From Sulfurimonadaceae bacterium (lineage in GTDB: Bacteria > Campylobacterota > Campylobacteria > Campylobacterales > Sulfurimonadaceae): DNA of 64,000 bases. Shown one piece after another: positions 47,894 through 58,969 of this stretch. Both the position numbers and the translations under genes were made by a program. The notes below the pieces were generated by a model. The model was not told the DNA's origin and did no database searches. It worked only from the letters and a program-made list of their open reading frames with translations. Each line of letters begins with the position of its first letter. The first letter of the stretch is position 1. The stretch is taken from assembly GCA_041571435.1 (NCBI GenBank), contig JBFFUI010000001.1:32001-96000 (forward strand), in the 5' to 3' direction.

Positions 47894-49682
47894 ACTACTA
47901 TTGCTTCTGACCTTTTTGCTCACGTCCAGCCTCGATGCCAGAGAAAAGGTCAATATCAAATTTGACAACCTGCAGATCGACAAATTTATCCAGCTCGTTG
48001 CCAAGCTCAGCAATAAGAACATCCTTATCACCAACAAGATCAACGGTACTGTCGACCTTGTAACCGCAGCGCCTGTCTATGATGATGAACTGATGGGTAT
48101 TCTGATCTCTGTCCTGGAGTCTAAAGGGTTCACACTCGTCAAAAACGGCTCGATCTATGAGGTCGTACGTTCGACTGAAGCGGCAAAGCACAATGTCCCT
48201 ATTGTCCGTTCAGGTTATATCGCACGCGGGCATACTATGGTGACGCAGGCGATCAAGGTCGAAGGAGAGAATGTCGATATCGTTGCCGCCAAAGTGCGCT
48301 ACCTTATCTCAAAGACAGCCAAGCTGATGACGATGAAAGAGTCCAACACTCTTCTACTCACAGACTATCCAGCCAATATTCAGACCATCAAACGTATTAT
48401 CAAAGATATCGATACCAAGAACGAGAAAGATATCAAGATCGTCCATGTCGAACATGCCGACTTGAAACAGCTGCACGCCCAGATCAGCGAGATCGCCAAA
48501 TCGATCTTTAATGAAAAAGTCTCGACCCAAGGTGTTAAAGTCCTGCAGAACAAGGATGTCAATGGCCTTATCCTCATCGGAAACAAAAAACAGATCGATG
48601 AGCTTGCCGGCGTGATTGCTACCCTGGACAATGAGCAGAACCTGAACGAAGTCGTTCAGATCATTCCGCTTAAAAACTCGGATGTCAAAAATGTCCTGGC
48701 CAGTCTGAACGAGATCATTACCAAACAGACCTTTGCTGACCCGAGCATGAAGCCCAACGTCTCGGCCAACGAAGAGATCAATGCGATGATTCTTGTGGGA
48801 AATCCTACCATACTTAAAGGCCTGATCAAGATCATCGATACCCTTGATAAAGAGAAGTACCAGGTCTATGTTCAGGCACGGATCGTTGAGATCAATAAGA
48901 ACAGTGCCGAACAGATCGGTCTCAAATACTCGCTTGCAGGCATTACCTCTACCGCGTCAGGACTGCTTGCCTTCAGCGGTAACTTCGGTGGCTCGAGTTC
49001 CATTATCGAATCAGCGCTTGCTATTGTCGGAAATGATGCCATCAACGGCGGTTTGGCCATCGGAGCCTCTTTGGACTTCCTGCAGACAAAAGGGGCGTCA
49101 AAGACTATTTCAAGCCCATCGATACTCTGTGTCAACAACCAGGAGTCCTCGATCTATGTCGGTAAGACCCTCTCGTTCCAAACTGGCTCAACTACAGGCG
49201 CGGCCGGTACAACCAACGCCTTTAAACGCGAGGATGTCGGTTTGACCCTCAAGATCAAACCAAGGGTTTCATCATTAGACAAAGTCACCCTTGACGCAGA
49301 GACCATCCTAGAAAACGTTCTGCCGGTCACAGACACCAATGCCCAACCGGTAACGACGAAACAGACGGTACTGACACAGGCCATCTTGCGCCACGGTGAA
49401 AGCATCATCATCGGCGGGCTTGTTAAAAACTACAGCACCGACCTCGAGACAAAAGTGCCTATCCTTGGCTATATCCCTCTGCTTGGCTGGTTCTTTACCC
49501 ATATTGATACCCAGGAGCAGCAAGACAACCTTATCGTCATCCTAACACCCTACATCATCGATAAAAGTGAAAAGCTCTCCCGTCTTCAGCAGGAACTCGG
49601 TGAGCTGAGCCGACTTCAAGCACAATACAATAGAGAGGTCTTTGAAAAGATTGAGCAGAAAGCTACAGAGGAGAAGAAGTAA
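47880..49682 (+). CDS. gspD: Type II secretion secretin
   Basis: Signal peptide, N0-N3 repeats, QVYVQARIVE, DVGLTLKIKP, GESIIIGGL, KVPILGYIPLLGWFF, ILTPYII. Confidence 0.9.
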   Translation: MKYIKLLLLLTFLLTSSLDAREKVNIKFDNLQIDKFIQLVAKLSNKNILITNKINGTVDLVTAAPVYDDELMGILISVLESKGFTLVKNGSIYEVVRSTEAAKHNVPIVRSGYIARGHTMVTQAIKVEGENVDIVAAKVRYLISKTAKLMTMKESNTLLLTDYPANIQTIKRIIKDIDTKNEKDIKIVHVEHADLKQLHAQISEIAKSIFNEKVSTQGVKVLQNKDVNGLILIGNKKQIDELAGVIATLDNEQNLNEVVQIIPLKNSDVKNVLASLNEIITKQTFADPSMKPNVSANEEINAMILVGNPTILKGLIKIIDTLDKEKYQVYVQARIVEINKNSAEQIGLKYSLAGITSTASGLLAFSGNFGGSSSIIESALAIVGNDAINGGLAIGASLDFLQTKGASKTISSPSILCVNNQESSIYVGKTLSFQTGSTTGAAGTTNAFKREDVGLTLKIKPRVSSLDKVTLDAETILENVLPVTDTNAQPVTTKQTVLTQAILRHGESIIIGGLVKNYSTDLETKVPILGYIPLLGWFFTHIDTQEQQDNLIVILTPYIIDKSEKLSRLQQELGELSRLQAQYNREVFEKIEQKATEEKK

Positions 49683-51202
49683 TGCTCTCTGCTGAGCTCT
49701 ATCATGACCTGAACCTCGAAGCAACAGAGGTCGAAGAGATACCGACGGAGCTACTGGTCAAAAACTATCTTCTGCTCACCCATATCGATGACGCAATCGT
49801 CGCTGCCACTTCCCAAGAGTATATTGTCGAAGCGAGCAACTTCTATAATAAGCTCTCAGAGAAATACCCTTTCGTCATTCTAAACGAAGAGTCTTTCGAA
49901 CGTCTTTACAACCGTTATCTGGAGCTTCGTACCGACAAGCAGATCGAGACGATGCAAGAGGAGGGCGAAAAGTCAGAAGGCGAAGATGACGAACTCTCAT
50001 TGACGGAGTTTTTGCGGACCTCATCGGATATTCTTACCTCCGAAGAGTCCGCACCTATCATCAAGTTCGTCAATGCCCTCTTCTATCAGGCCGTAAAGCG
50101 AAAGGCCTCGGATATTCACATCGAGGTACATGAAAAACGGGGCGAGGTCCGTTTTCGTGTTGACGGCATATTGACCAAAAATGTCGACCTTGAGAAAAAA
50201 GTAATCGCACTTATTATCAGCCGTATCAAGGTCATCTCCAACCTCGATATCTCGGAAAATCGCATCCCTCAGGATGGCCGTACCCAGATCAAGATCGCCG
50301 GTGAGACCCTTGACATCCGTGTCTCCATTCTGCCGACATTCTATGGCGAACGCGTGGTCATGCGTCTGCTTATGCAGAGCGGCTCCGTTCCGCACATCAA
50401 CCAGCTCGGCTTCCCGGAAGAGACCATTCACGACATGAAGACCCTGCTTCGAAGTTCGCACGGCATCATCCTTGTTACCGGTCCGACCGGATCGGGAAAG
50501 ACAACGTCGCTTCATGCCTTTTTGAAAGAGGTCGAAACGCCTGAACTTAACCTTATCACGGTTGAAGACCCGGTCGAGTACAAATCCGAGACGATCTCCC
50601 AGATCCAGGTCAATGAAAAAGTAGGCCTTACCTTCGCCGCTTCACTGCGTTCAATCCTGCGCCAGGATCCCGATATCATCATGATCGGTGAGATCCGTGA
50701 TGAAGAGACCGCCCATATTGCCGTACGCGCAGCCCTTACCGGGCACCTTGTCTTCTCGACGCTGCATACAAACTCTGCCGCAGCGACCATCTCCCGTCTT
50801 GCGGATATGGGGATTGAGCCCTTCCTCATCTCCTCTTCCATTTTAGGGATCATGGCCCAGCGGCTTGTTCGCCGTATCTGCGATGAGTGCAAGACAGAAG
50901 ACACGCTTGCAGAAGACTTTGCCCTTGAGTATCAACTTGACCCCAATGCGACGATTTACAAAGCCGTTGGATGCAAAAAATGTAACTACAGCGGCTTCAG
51001 CGGCCGTCAGTCGATCGGTGAGCTTTTAATCATGGACGACATGATCAAAGACCTACTTAAAGAGACAACCGATGAGCACACCATCTCAAAAGCGTTGGAG
51101 AAAGAGCACCTTGTCACTATTGCTATGCAGCTTAAAGCGATGCTTCTAAGAGGTGAGACCTCATTGGATGAGGCGATACGCATCGGTTTGGCACATGCCT
51201 AA
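49682..51202 (+). CDS. gspE: Type II secretion ATPase E
   Basis: ASDIHIE, PQDG, GPTGSGKTT, TVEDPVEY, LRQDPD, GEIRD, TLHTN, CxxC...CxxC. Confidence 0.92.
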   Translation: MLSAELYHDLNLEATEVEEIPTELLVKNYLLLTHIDDAIVAATSQEYIVEASNFYNKLSEKYPFVILNEESFERLYNRYLELRTDKQIETMQEEGEKSEGEDDELSLTEFLRTSSDILTSEESAPIIKFVNALFYQAVKRKASDIHIEVHEKRGEVRFRVDGILTKNVDLEKKVIALIISRIKVISNLDISENRIPQDGRTQIKIAGETLDIRVSILPTFYGERVVMRLLMQSGSVPHINQLGFPEETIHDMKTLLRSSHGIILVTGPTGSGKTTSLHAFLKEVETPELNLITVEDPVEYKSETISQIQVNEKVGLTFAASLRSILRQDPDIIMIGEIRDEETAHIAVRAALTGHLVFSTLHTNSAAATISRLADMGIEPFLISSSILGIMAQRLVRRICDECKTEDTLAEDFALEYQLDPNATIYKAVGCKKCNYSGFSGRQSIGELLIMDDMIKDLLKETTDEHTISKALEKEHLVTIAMQLKAMLLRGETSLDEAIRIGLAHA

Positions 51203-51671
51203 AAGATCCTGCGGCTTCACCCTCATAGAGGTCCTTGTCGCCGTCATGATCATCGCCGTTGTCATCGGCGCGCTGCTCCAACTTTTTTCCACTAACGCCC
51301 AAGCCTTTTCATCCGTTCATCAAAAGATCCTACAGGCTAACAGAACCACGCTCTTATTGGGCAACCCTGTCTATGGCTACGAAGAGAAAAAAGTTGACCT
51401 TGCCGAGTTGGTCAAGGATTTCAATATCGATGATGACCTTCGGCGTCAGCTCAAACGCAAGAAAGTGCAGATCCTCTACACTGAGGTGACCAGTATCGAC
51501 TTTGGAGAAGCTGCGGCAGCCATATCCGAGGCCGAAACAACCGACACCGAAAATGTAGACAAAGGTGCAATCTCCGAAACAGCCGAAGCGGCAAATGCAC
51601 TTGAAGTCGGGCGGACAACCTTGAAGATCGATGACCAAAGCAGCTCATTTTTACGGGTACGGCTCCAATGA
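51195..51671 (+). CDS. Minor pseudopilin (GspI-like)
   Basis: MPKRSCG|FTLIEVLVAV from ATG 51195. Confidence 0.75.
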   Translation: MPKRSCGFTLIEVLVAVMIIAVVIGALLQLFSTNAQAFSSVHQKILQANRTTLLLGNPVYGYEEKKVDLAELVKDFNIDDDLRRQLKRKKVQILYTEVTSIDFGEAAAAISEAETTDTENVDKGAISETAEAANALEVGRTTLKIDDQSSSFLRVRLQ

Positions 51672-52168
51672 GACGCCACGCATTTACCCTCATAGAGATG
51701 ATGATCGCCATCACCCTCTTCTCCGTCATCATGATATTTCTCTATCAATCTATGGCCAGACTCGACAGATCCAACCAGTTTTACAGTGAAAAACTACATG
51801 GCATTGTAACAGAGCAATCCCTGTTTAAAACACTCTACCTTGATCTATCTCTCTCATTGCCCAACAGTGGTGTCATCGACAATATCAACCGAGATGAAGA
51901 TATGATCTTTATGCAGACATCCCATGTAGTTCACACCCATGTCATGCCTTATGTTGTCTATTTTGTGAAAGAGAAGCACCTCTACCGTGTCGAATCAGCC
52001 GCGAAACTGAGCTACCCTTTCGAGAGCAATATCAATGCCCTGATCGATGATTTCGGCCCGATAAAAAAGTTCCGTATTTACAAAAACAGTACACACTTCC
52101 TTCTCCATATCAATATCGATGGCAAAGAAGACACCCTGCTAAAGATCAGACATCTAGGCGCTGTCTAA
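51668..52168 (+). CDS. Minor pseudopilin (GspJ-like)
   Basis: MRRHA|FTLIEMMIAI; Y......LYR motif. Confidence 0.75.
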   Translation: MRRHAFTLIEMMIAITLFSVIMIFLYQSMARLDRSNQFYSEKLHGIVTEQSLFKTLYLDLSLSLPNSGVIDNINRDEDMIFMQTSHVVHTHVMPYVVYFVKEKHLYRVESAAKLSYPFESNINALIDDFGPIKKFRIYKNSTHFLLHINIDGKEDTLLKIRHLGAV

Positions 52169-52303
52169 AAAGTCTGGTTATACAGAAATATCTATGCGCA
52201 ATATGATGCGTAATAGTCTTTCAGAGCATTATAATAAAGTTAGTTTTGGAAAAGTGTTGGAAGAAAGATGTATGAATCAAGGCCAAAGGCCTTGAATTTA
52301 AAA

Positions 52304-52657
52304 TTAGAGTGCAGCTTTTGCCTGTGCTACTACAGCAGAGAATGCAGCTGCATCGTTCATTGCCATGTCAGCAAGGATCTTACGATCTAGTTCGATGTTC
52401 GCTTTTTTAAGTCCGTTGATGAAACGAGAATAGTTGATGTCATTTAGACGACATGCAGCATTGATACGGATGATCCATAGTTTACGGAACTCACGCTTTT
52501 TCTGTTTACGGTCACGGAATGCATAATACATACTGTGTTCTAGTTGTTCTTTCGCTTTACGGAAGTGCTTGTGACGACCCTGGAAGAAACCTCTAGCTAG
52601 TTTTAATACTTTTTTATGACGACGACGTCTTACGACACCTGTTTTTACTCTTGGCAT
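52304..52657 (-). CDS. rplT: 50S ribosomal protein L20
   Basis: MPRVKTG...[27 protein letters not shown]. Confidence 0.98.
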   Translation of the reverse strand: MPRVKTGVVRRRRHKKVLKLARGFFQGRHKHFRKAKEQLEHSMYYAFRDRKQKKREFRKLWIIRINAACRLNDINYSRFINGLKKANIELDRKILADMAMNDAAAFSAVVAQAKAAL

Positions 52658-52675
52658 ATTTTGTCCTTTTCTTTA

Positions 52676-52740
52676 CTCTATGACCTTTTTCGATCTATAG
52701 GTGCCACATAGTTGGTGGACTTGCCCAGTTTGAACTGGAG
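52676..52740 (-). promoter_or_regulatory. Structured rpmI-rplT intergenic RNA, candidate L20 autoregulatory element
   Basis: Three consecutive hairpins including CAAGU-[CCAC..GUGG]-CACC just upstream of the rplT RBS. Confidence 0.45.
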
Positions 52741-52759
52741 AATATTGTGAAATGAAAGC

Positions 52760-52951
52760 TTACGCGATCATCGCTTTGATGTTTTTAGCATCAACGGCTG
52801 CAACTGTTTTAGGCGTGTTTTGTTGACGACGCGTTGCTGCATCTTGCTTAGTCAAGATATGGCTACGAAACGCTGTTCCACGTTTGATAGAGCCATTTTT
52901 TTTCACTTTAAAACGCTTTACAGCGCCTTTAACTGATTTCATCTTAGGCAT
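52760..52951 (-). CDS. rpmI: 50S ribosomal protein L35
   Basis: MPKMKS..GAVKRFK...HILTK. Confidence 0.97.
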   Translation of the reverse strand: MPKMKSVKGAVKRFKVKKNGSIKRGTAFRSHILTKQDAATRRQQNTPKTVAAVDAKNIKAMIA

Positions 52952-53145
52952 AGTGACTCCTCTCTAATTTTACTATTTTACGTCATTGCGCAAAATAAGT
53001 TCGTGATTATAGCGAAATATCTATTAAAATTCACATGCACATGCTAAAGAGTGCGTAGATTATCCAGAGCCGCTCCCATGCCGATACAGTAAAATTGCCT
53101 ATATTTTCACACTATCTGGACACTTTATTTCGCTATACTTTTTAG

Positions 53146-53508
53146 ATGTCAGAAACAGATTTAGCATTTATGATCTTACAAGCAGAAGAAGAGTTTTGCT
53201 ATTTAGAAGCGCAATGTCTTAAAACAAAGAGAGATGAGTACGATTACAAGCTGCACGCACTCGCACTTATCACACTCTACAACTTTGCGCTCAATCTCAA
53301 ACTTTCCGGTGGAGAACTGATGCGGCTGCTATATGAACTTGATCACAAGAGCCGTCTCTACCAACACCTCATCGCCCCCTATCTGCTGCTGCTGGATGAC
53401 ATGGAGCTGGTATGCAAACAGTACGGCCATAAATATTTAAGGTTTCTATCTGAAAAATCACAGCTAAAGAGCGACGAAGAGATCATGGAGATATTGTTCA
53501 CAAATTAA
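53146..53508 (+). CDS. Hypothetical helical protein
   Basis: 120-aa ORF; TATACT lies 7 nt before the ATG, so possibly leaderless. Confidence 0.55.
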   Translation: MSETDLAFMILQAEEEFCYLEAQCLKTKRDEYDYKLHALALITLYNFALNLKLSGGELMRLLYELDHKSRLYQHLIAPYLLLLDDMELVCKQYGHKYLRFLSEKSQLKSDEEIMEILFTN

Positions 53509-53691
53509 GTGTTAAGTGGGGATTGCACTGAAGTGATTCCGATGGATAGTTCCTGTTAAAAAACGAAGCTGGAGCTTTGTTTGAACGAGTATAGCAACAT
53601 AAATAAAAGCCGTCAGAGTCTACATTACGTCGAGAGGGTAAGGCAAGCACGAGCTTCGCCGATACCTGCGGGGAAGACCCCGGTGAAAACT

Positions 53692-54225
53692 TTACTTTTT
53701 CTTTTCGTCTTTTTTCGGGATTACCAGCATATTGTAGTAACGCCCTTCAAAACGTGGCGGCTTGTCCATTACACCGATATCTTCGACCATTGGCCAGACA
53801 CGTAGAAGAACTTCTTTACCTGCTTCCGGGTGTGCCATCTCGCGACCGCGTAGGAAAACACGGAACTTGACCAATTTTCCTGCTTCCAAAAACTCGCGGG
53901 CATGCTTGACTTTGTAGTTGATATCGTTATCGGCAATCTTGACAGAGAGCTTGATCTCTTTGATCTCGATCTTGACCTGATTTTTACGCTGCTCTTTTTT
54001 CTTCTTCTCTTCTTGGTACTTGAACTTACCGTAATCCATAATTTTTGCGACTGGCGGCTTTGCGTCCGGAGCGATCAGAACCAGGTCTAGGCCCATTTCG
54101 TCAGCTTTTTCCATTGCTTCACTTGTCGGGATAATCCCCAGTGACTCACCGCCATCGACGTTACAACGAACCTCCGCTACGCGGATGTCTTCGTTCATTA
54201 TGGTGTTGTCTTTTTTTCGGTTCAA
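53692..54225 (-). CDS. infC: Translation initiation factor IF-3
   Basis: [34 protein letters not shown] start overlapping the thrS stop. Confidence 0.97.
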   Translation of the reverse strand: MNRKKDNTIMNEDIRVAEVRCNVDGGESLGIIPTSEAMEKADEMGLDLVLIAPDAKPPVAKIMDYGKFKYQEEKKKKEQRKNQVKIEIKEIKLSVKIADNDINYKVKHAREFLEAGKLVKFRVFLRGREMAHPEAGKEVLLRVWPMVEDIGVMDKPPRFEGRYYNMLVIPKKDEKKK

Positions 54226-56030
54226 AAATTTACCTCATTGATTTTTTGTTGAATCATCGTCAAGAACTCTGCTTCACTAAGATTATATTGTTCACGACTG
54301 CGTCTATCGCGTATTGCAATCGTCTTGTTCTCAACCTCATCGTCACCCAGGACAATGATCATCGGAACACGCCCTTTTTCGGCAGTTCTGATACGTTTGT
54401 TCAGGCTCTCGTTTTTCGAGAAGATCTCGCTGTCAGCACCTAGATCGATCAGTTTGTCTGCCAATTCCTTGGCATATGCATTGTGTGGTTCAGCGATCGG
54501 GACGATGGCGACTTGCGTCGGCGCAACGAACATCGGGAACTCACCAGCATAATGTTCTGTCAATATACCAATAAATCGTTCAAAAGAACCTAAAATGGCT
54601 CGGTGAATCATAACCGGCTGTATTTTATTGTTCTCATCGCCGCTGTACTCAAGCTCGAAACGCTCCGGCAGGTTGAAGTCCAATTGGATCGTTCCACACT
54701 GCCATTCACGGCCGATTGCATCGGTGATCTTGATATCGATCTTCGGCCCGTAGAAGGCACCGCCGCCCTCATCGATCTCATAAACGAGATTGTTTTTATC
54801 CATCGCTGTTTTCAGCGCATTGGTCGAAATCTCCCATACTTCATCATCACCCACCGCTTTTTCAGGCTTCGTTGAGATCATCATCTTATAGTCAAAGTTG
54901 AACGTTGTCATGATACGGTCGACAAAATCGACGACTTCAATGATCTGCTCTTCGATCTGATCTGCGGTACAGAAGATGTGGGCATCATCCTGCGTGAACT
55001 CACGAACACGGAAAAGGCCGTGTAGTGCCCCTGTCATCTCATGACGGTGGACAACACCGTACTCAAAGTATTTGAGCGGCAGGTCACGGTAAGAGTGCGG
55101 CTCATCTTCGTACGCTTTGATATGTCCGACGCAGTTCATCGGCTTAACACCAAACTCCGCATCATCGATCTGCGTAAAGTACATGTTCTCGCCGTAGTTC
55201 TGGTAGTGCCCCGATGTCATCCAAAGGTCAGAACGCAGCATCTCCGGACCGCGTACCGGCTCGTAACCGCGTTTTCGGTGTGCTTTAAAGAGCAGTGACT
55301 CCAAACGGGCACGAAGGCGTCCGCCCGCCGGAAGCCAGATCGGGAAACCGGCACCGACCTCTTCACGAAAAGTGAACAGTTTCATCTGGGCACCGATCTT
55401 ACGGTGGTCGCGTTTTTCGGCTTCTGCCAGCATCGTCATATGATTTGACAGGGACTCTTTATCGGCAAAGGCAATCCCGTAGATGCGTGTCAACATCTCG
55501 TTTTTCGAGTCACCGCCCAGATAGGCCCCTGCGATCTTCAGCAGTTTAAAGTAGCGGATCTGACCGATGTTCGGTAGGTGCGGGCCGCGGCAGAGATCTT
55601 CAAACTCACCCTGCTTGTAGATGGAGACCGTATCGCCGGGGATGCGCTTCATCACCTCAAGCTTGAGATGGTCATCGGCAAACTTCGCTTTGGCCTCATC
55701 CATGCTGATCTCATAACGCTCGATCGGGAACTTCTTCTTTGCAAAACCCAACATCGCTTTTTCAATCTTTTTGAGATCACCTTCGCCGACCTCTTCCTTG
55801 GTCTTGAAGTCATAATAGAACCCTTCTTTGACGACCGGTCCGACGTAGAACTCTGCGTCAGGATACAGCGACTTGATGGCCTGTGCCATCAGGTGGGCCG
55901 TTGAGTGTCGAAGCACTTCAAGTGCTTCCGGAGAGTTGTCAAGCTCGATCTCTTCTCCGGTAATACCGTTTGCTTCAGCTGTCAGAAGGTCAACAACCTC
56001 ATCATTGTGTTTAATCGCAATTGCGCTCAT
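54222..56030 (-). CDS. thrS: Threonine--tRNA ligase
   Basis: [63 protein letters not shown] 56030 after GAGG. Confidence 0.97.
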   Translation of the reverse strand: MSAIAIKHNDEVVDLLTAEANGITGEEIELDNSPEALEVLRHSTAHLMAQAIKSLYPDAEFYVGPVVKEGFYYDFKTKEEVGEGDLKKIEKAMLGFAKKKFPIERYEISMDEAKAKFADDHLKLEVMKRIPGDTVSIYKQGEFEDLCRGPHLPNIGQIRYFKLLKIAGAYLGGDSKNEMLTRIYGIAFADKESLSNHMTMLAEAEKRDHRKIGAQMKLFTFREEVGAGFPIWLPAGGRLRARLESLLFKAHRKRGYEPVRGPEMLRSDLWMTSGHYQNYGENMYFTQIDDAEFGVKPMNCVGHIKAYEDEPHSYRDLPLKYFEYGVVHRHEMTGALHGLFRVREFTQDDAHIFCTADQIEEQIIEVVDFVDRIMTTFNFDYKMMISTKPEKAVGDDEVWEISTNALKTAMDKNNLVYEIDEGGGAFYGPKIDIKITDAIGREWQCGTIQLDFNLPERFELEYSGDENNKIQPVMIHRAILGSFERFIGILTEHYAGEFPMFVAPTQVAIVPIAEPHNAYAKELADKLIDLGADSEIFSKNESLNKRIRTAEKGRVPMIIVLGDDEVENKTIAIRDRRSREQYNLSEAEFLTMIQQKINEVNF

Positions 56031-56317
56031 ACATACATCCTCTTTCAAAGTGCCCACCACGACAATAGGCAGAACACATTTGAAGATATTAAATTTGCGT
56101 GATTTTAACTAAAAGTCCCCTTGTTTAGAGTAAAAGAAGATCGATGGGGGCTTTTTCACCAGTATAGTCTCAGTTTGGCTCTCTTCGCAATAACATTTTT
56201 CGATTATATAAGTTATCTGTCCGATAAAACTGTTTTTAATTCTTATACGTTAGAATAATCTTATATCAATGTATAAGAACTATATTTACGTTTTTATCAT
56301 CTAAAAGGGTCCCCGTT

Positions 56318-57763
56318 ATGAATACAAATGATCTCAAAGAGCTGCTCAAAAAGAGCAGCAGTTCTGAAATGCTTTCACGCCGTGACGCCCTTAAACTTAT
56401 GGGTATCTCTCCGATTGCAGCCGGGGTACTAGCGTCAACATCGTCAAGTTCGATCGCTTCGGCCGAGACAGTGGATGCCAAAGGCAAGATCGTTATTGTC
56501 GGTGGCGGTGCCGGCGGCATCATGGCACTCGCGCGTCTTCGCTCTAGCCTCGAGAACCCGGACATCACTATCATCGCACCCAATGCGATGCATATCTATC
56601 AGCCCGGACAGGTCTTCCAGGCGGCCGGGCTCTATCTACATGACGATTTGATCAAACCAAACAGTGATTTCATTCCTGATGATGTCAAATGGATCAAGGA
56701 TGAAGTGGCCACTTTCGATCCGGATAACAACACATTGTTGACGCGAAGCGGCGAAAAAGTCACCTATGATTACCTGGTCGTTGCAGCGGGCATTGATTAC
56801 CATTATGAGTGGATCAAAGGCTTAAAAGAGGAAGATATCGGTACAAATGGCATCTCCAGCGTTTATCTTAACAACATGGAAAAGGGAACAACTGACGGCG
56901 GTTCCATTACGTGGGACTGGTTCAATGCGCTCAAGCTGGCTTCTGCCACAGGCCAGAAACCGCATGTCATCTACACCCAGCCCGACACCCCTATCAAATG
57001 CGGCGGTGCACCGCAAAAGTTGCTCTACCTCTCTGCGGATCATCTGAAAAAAGAGGGGCTCTCTGCCGATTATACCTTTGCGACGGCCGTTAGCAGTCTC
57101 TTTGGCCAGAAACCGATTGCCGATTCGCTGGCCGAAGTTCAAAAGCGCTACGACACCATCACCAACAAGTTCAAACACAACCTTATCGCCATCGATATTC
57201 ATAAGAAGATCGCCACTTTTGAACATCGTTATGAGATCAAAGGCGAGTACGACGAAGATCTTGAAGCGTACGATACGATTGAAAAACGTGAACTGGTCGA
57301 GATGGAGTATGACTTTATTCACATCGTCCCGCCGATGAGTGCAGCCCAGTCGGTTGTCGATTCGCCGCTCGGCTGGCAGAAAGGAACGGCAAAAGGGTGG
57401 CTCGAAGTCGACAAAGAGACCCTTCAGCACCGCCGATACAAAAATGTCTTCGGTATCGGTGACGTCTGCGGCATTCCTATGGGTAAAACAGGCGGAAGCG
57501 CCCGTCACCACGCCCCTGTTGTGGTAGAAAACCTCATTTCAGTCATGCAGGGAAAAGCGGTCAAAGCAAAATTTGACGGCTACACCGTCTGCCCGCTGAA
57601 GGTGAGCTACGGTGAGATCATCATGGCCGAGTTCAACTATGACGGACTGGCTCCAAGTTTCTCATTTTTGGCGCCGGAAAAACCACGATGGATCTGGTGG
57701 GCCTTTGACCTCTATATGCTTAAACCGATGTATTGGTATTTGATGATGCGTGGATTGATGTAA
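56318..57763 (+). CDS. sqr: Tat-signal sulfide:quinone oxidoreductase-like flavoprotein (type II-like)
   Basis: SRRDALK twin-arginine signal, IVGGGAGG, YQPG, IKCGGAPQK, NVFGIGD, FDGYTVCP, AEFNY, C-terminal aromatic amphipathic helix. Confidence 0.75.
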   Translation: MNTNDLKELLKKSSSSEMLSRRDALKLMGISPIAAGVLASTSSSSIASAETVDAKGKIVIVGGGAGGIMALARLRSSLENPDITIIAPNAMHIYQPGQVFQAAGLYLHDDLIKPNSDFIPDDVKWIKDEVATFDPDNNTLLTRSGEKVTYDYLVVAAGIDYHYEWIKGLKEEDIGTNGISSVYLNNMEKGTTDGGSITWDWFNALKLASATGQKPHVIYTQPDTPIKCGGAPQKLLYLSADHLKKEGLSADYTFATAVSSLFGQKPIADSLAEVQKRYDTITNKFKHNLIAIDIHKKIATFEHRYEIKGEYDEDLEAYDTIEKRELVEMEYDFIHIVPPMSAAQSVVDSPLGWQKGTAKGWLEVDKETLQHRRYKNVFGIGDVCGIPMGKTGGSARHHAPVVVENLISVMQGKAVKAKFDGYTVCPLKVSYGEIIMAEFNYDGLAPSFSFLAPEKPRWIWWAFDLYMLKPMYWYLMMRGLM

Positions 57764-57880
57764 AAGAGAGCGAAAGCTCATCTTACAGTGTTTTTGAGAT
57801 GTATAAAATTTCAGATTTGATCTAGAAGAGCCGACAGCTCGCCGAGCGGTGGCTCCGGTGCAAGTCCGAAGCCGGTACTT

Positions 57881-58954
57881 TTAAGAGAGTCCGGCGGCTT
57901 CCATGCTCTTGACCTGAGCATCTGTGATGAGTGGATCAACCACCTCATCCAGCAGACCGCCCTGCATAATCTCATTAAGACGGTACAGTGTCAAATTGAT
58001 ACGGTGGTCAGAGATGCGGTTTTGCGGGTAGTTGTAGGTACGGATACGTCCACTGCGGTCGCCCGTTCCAACCTGCTCACTTCGCACTTCGCTGTCTTTT
58101 TTCTGTGCTTCCTGCAGCTCAAGATCGTAAAGACGCGCTTTGAGAACTTTCATCGCTTTGTCTTTATTTTTGTGCTGAGACTTCTGATCCTGGTTGGTTA
58201 CGACCAGACCTGTCGGCAGGTGCGTGATCCGTACAGCGGAATCCGTCGTGTTGACAGACTGCCCGCCATTACCCGAAGCACGCATGACGTCGATCTTAAG
58301 ATCAGTAGGATCGATCTGGATCTCGACATCATCGACCTCCGGCATCACGGCTACCGTGATCGCAGACGTGTGCACACGTCCCTGAGACTCTGTCGCCGGA
58401 ACACGCTGAACACGGTGTGTCCCGCCCTCATATTTCAGACGGCTGTAGACCTGCTCACCTTTGATAAGCGCGATCAGCTCTTTATAGCCGCCGGCATCTG
58501 ACGGGCTGGTGCTCATCAATTCGATCTTCCACCCTTTTATATCCGCATAGCGGGTATAGGCGTTGAAAAGATCGCCGACAAAGATCGCCGCTTCGTCCCC
58601 GCCCGTACCGGCACGAAGTTCCACGATGATATTGCGCTCATCATTAGGGTCTTTAGGGATAAGGAGTTTTTTGATCTCATCTTCAATAACCGGGACCTGC
58701 GGTTCAAGCTCACGGAGCTCTTCTTTGGCCAGTTCGCCAAGTTCGGCATCGGAAAGCATTGATTTGTTGTCTTCGATATCGGAAAGGAGTGCTTTGTACT
58801 CTTTTGTCTTCTCGACAATGGCAAGCATGCCCGACTGTTCTTTTGAAAGCTCAGTCATACGCTTGATATCGGATGCTACGTCCGGTGAGCTGAGAAGCTC
58901 TGTCAGTTCATCGTAGCGTTCGAGAAAAGGGGTTAGTTTATCGGCTAACTTCAA
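57881..58954 (-). CDS. prfA: Peptide chain release factor 1
   Basis: PAT anticodon tripeptide (VPATES), [23 protein letters not shown]. Confidence 0.97.
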   Translation of the reverse strand: MKLADKLTPFLERYDELTELLSSPDVASDIKRMTELSKEQSGMLAIVEKTKEYKALLSDIEDNKSMLSDAELGELAKEELRELEPQVPVIEDEIKKLLIPKDPNDERNIIVELRAGTGGDEAAIFVGDLFNAYTRYADIKGWKIELMSTSPSDAGGYKELIALIKGEQVYSRLKYEGGTHRVQRVPATESQGRVHTSAITVAVMPEVDDVEIQIDPTDLKIDVMRASGNGGQSVNTTDSAVRITHLPTGLVVTNQDQKSQHKNKDKAMKVLKARLYDLELQEAQKKDSEVRSEQVGTGDRSGRIRTYNYPQNRISDHRINLTLYRLNEIMQGGLLDEVVDPLITDAQVKSMEAAGLS

Positions 58955-58969
58955 GGGTGTTACTTACCC

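Noticed and set aside
57827-57878. ccggtgcaagtccg resembling part of a cobalamin riboswitch
   Set aside because: It lies between convergent 3' ends, lacks the other conserved boxes, and is better explained as terminator hairpins.
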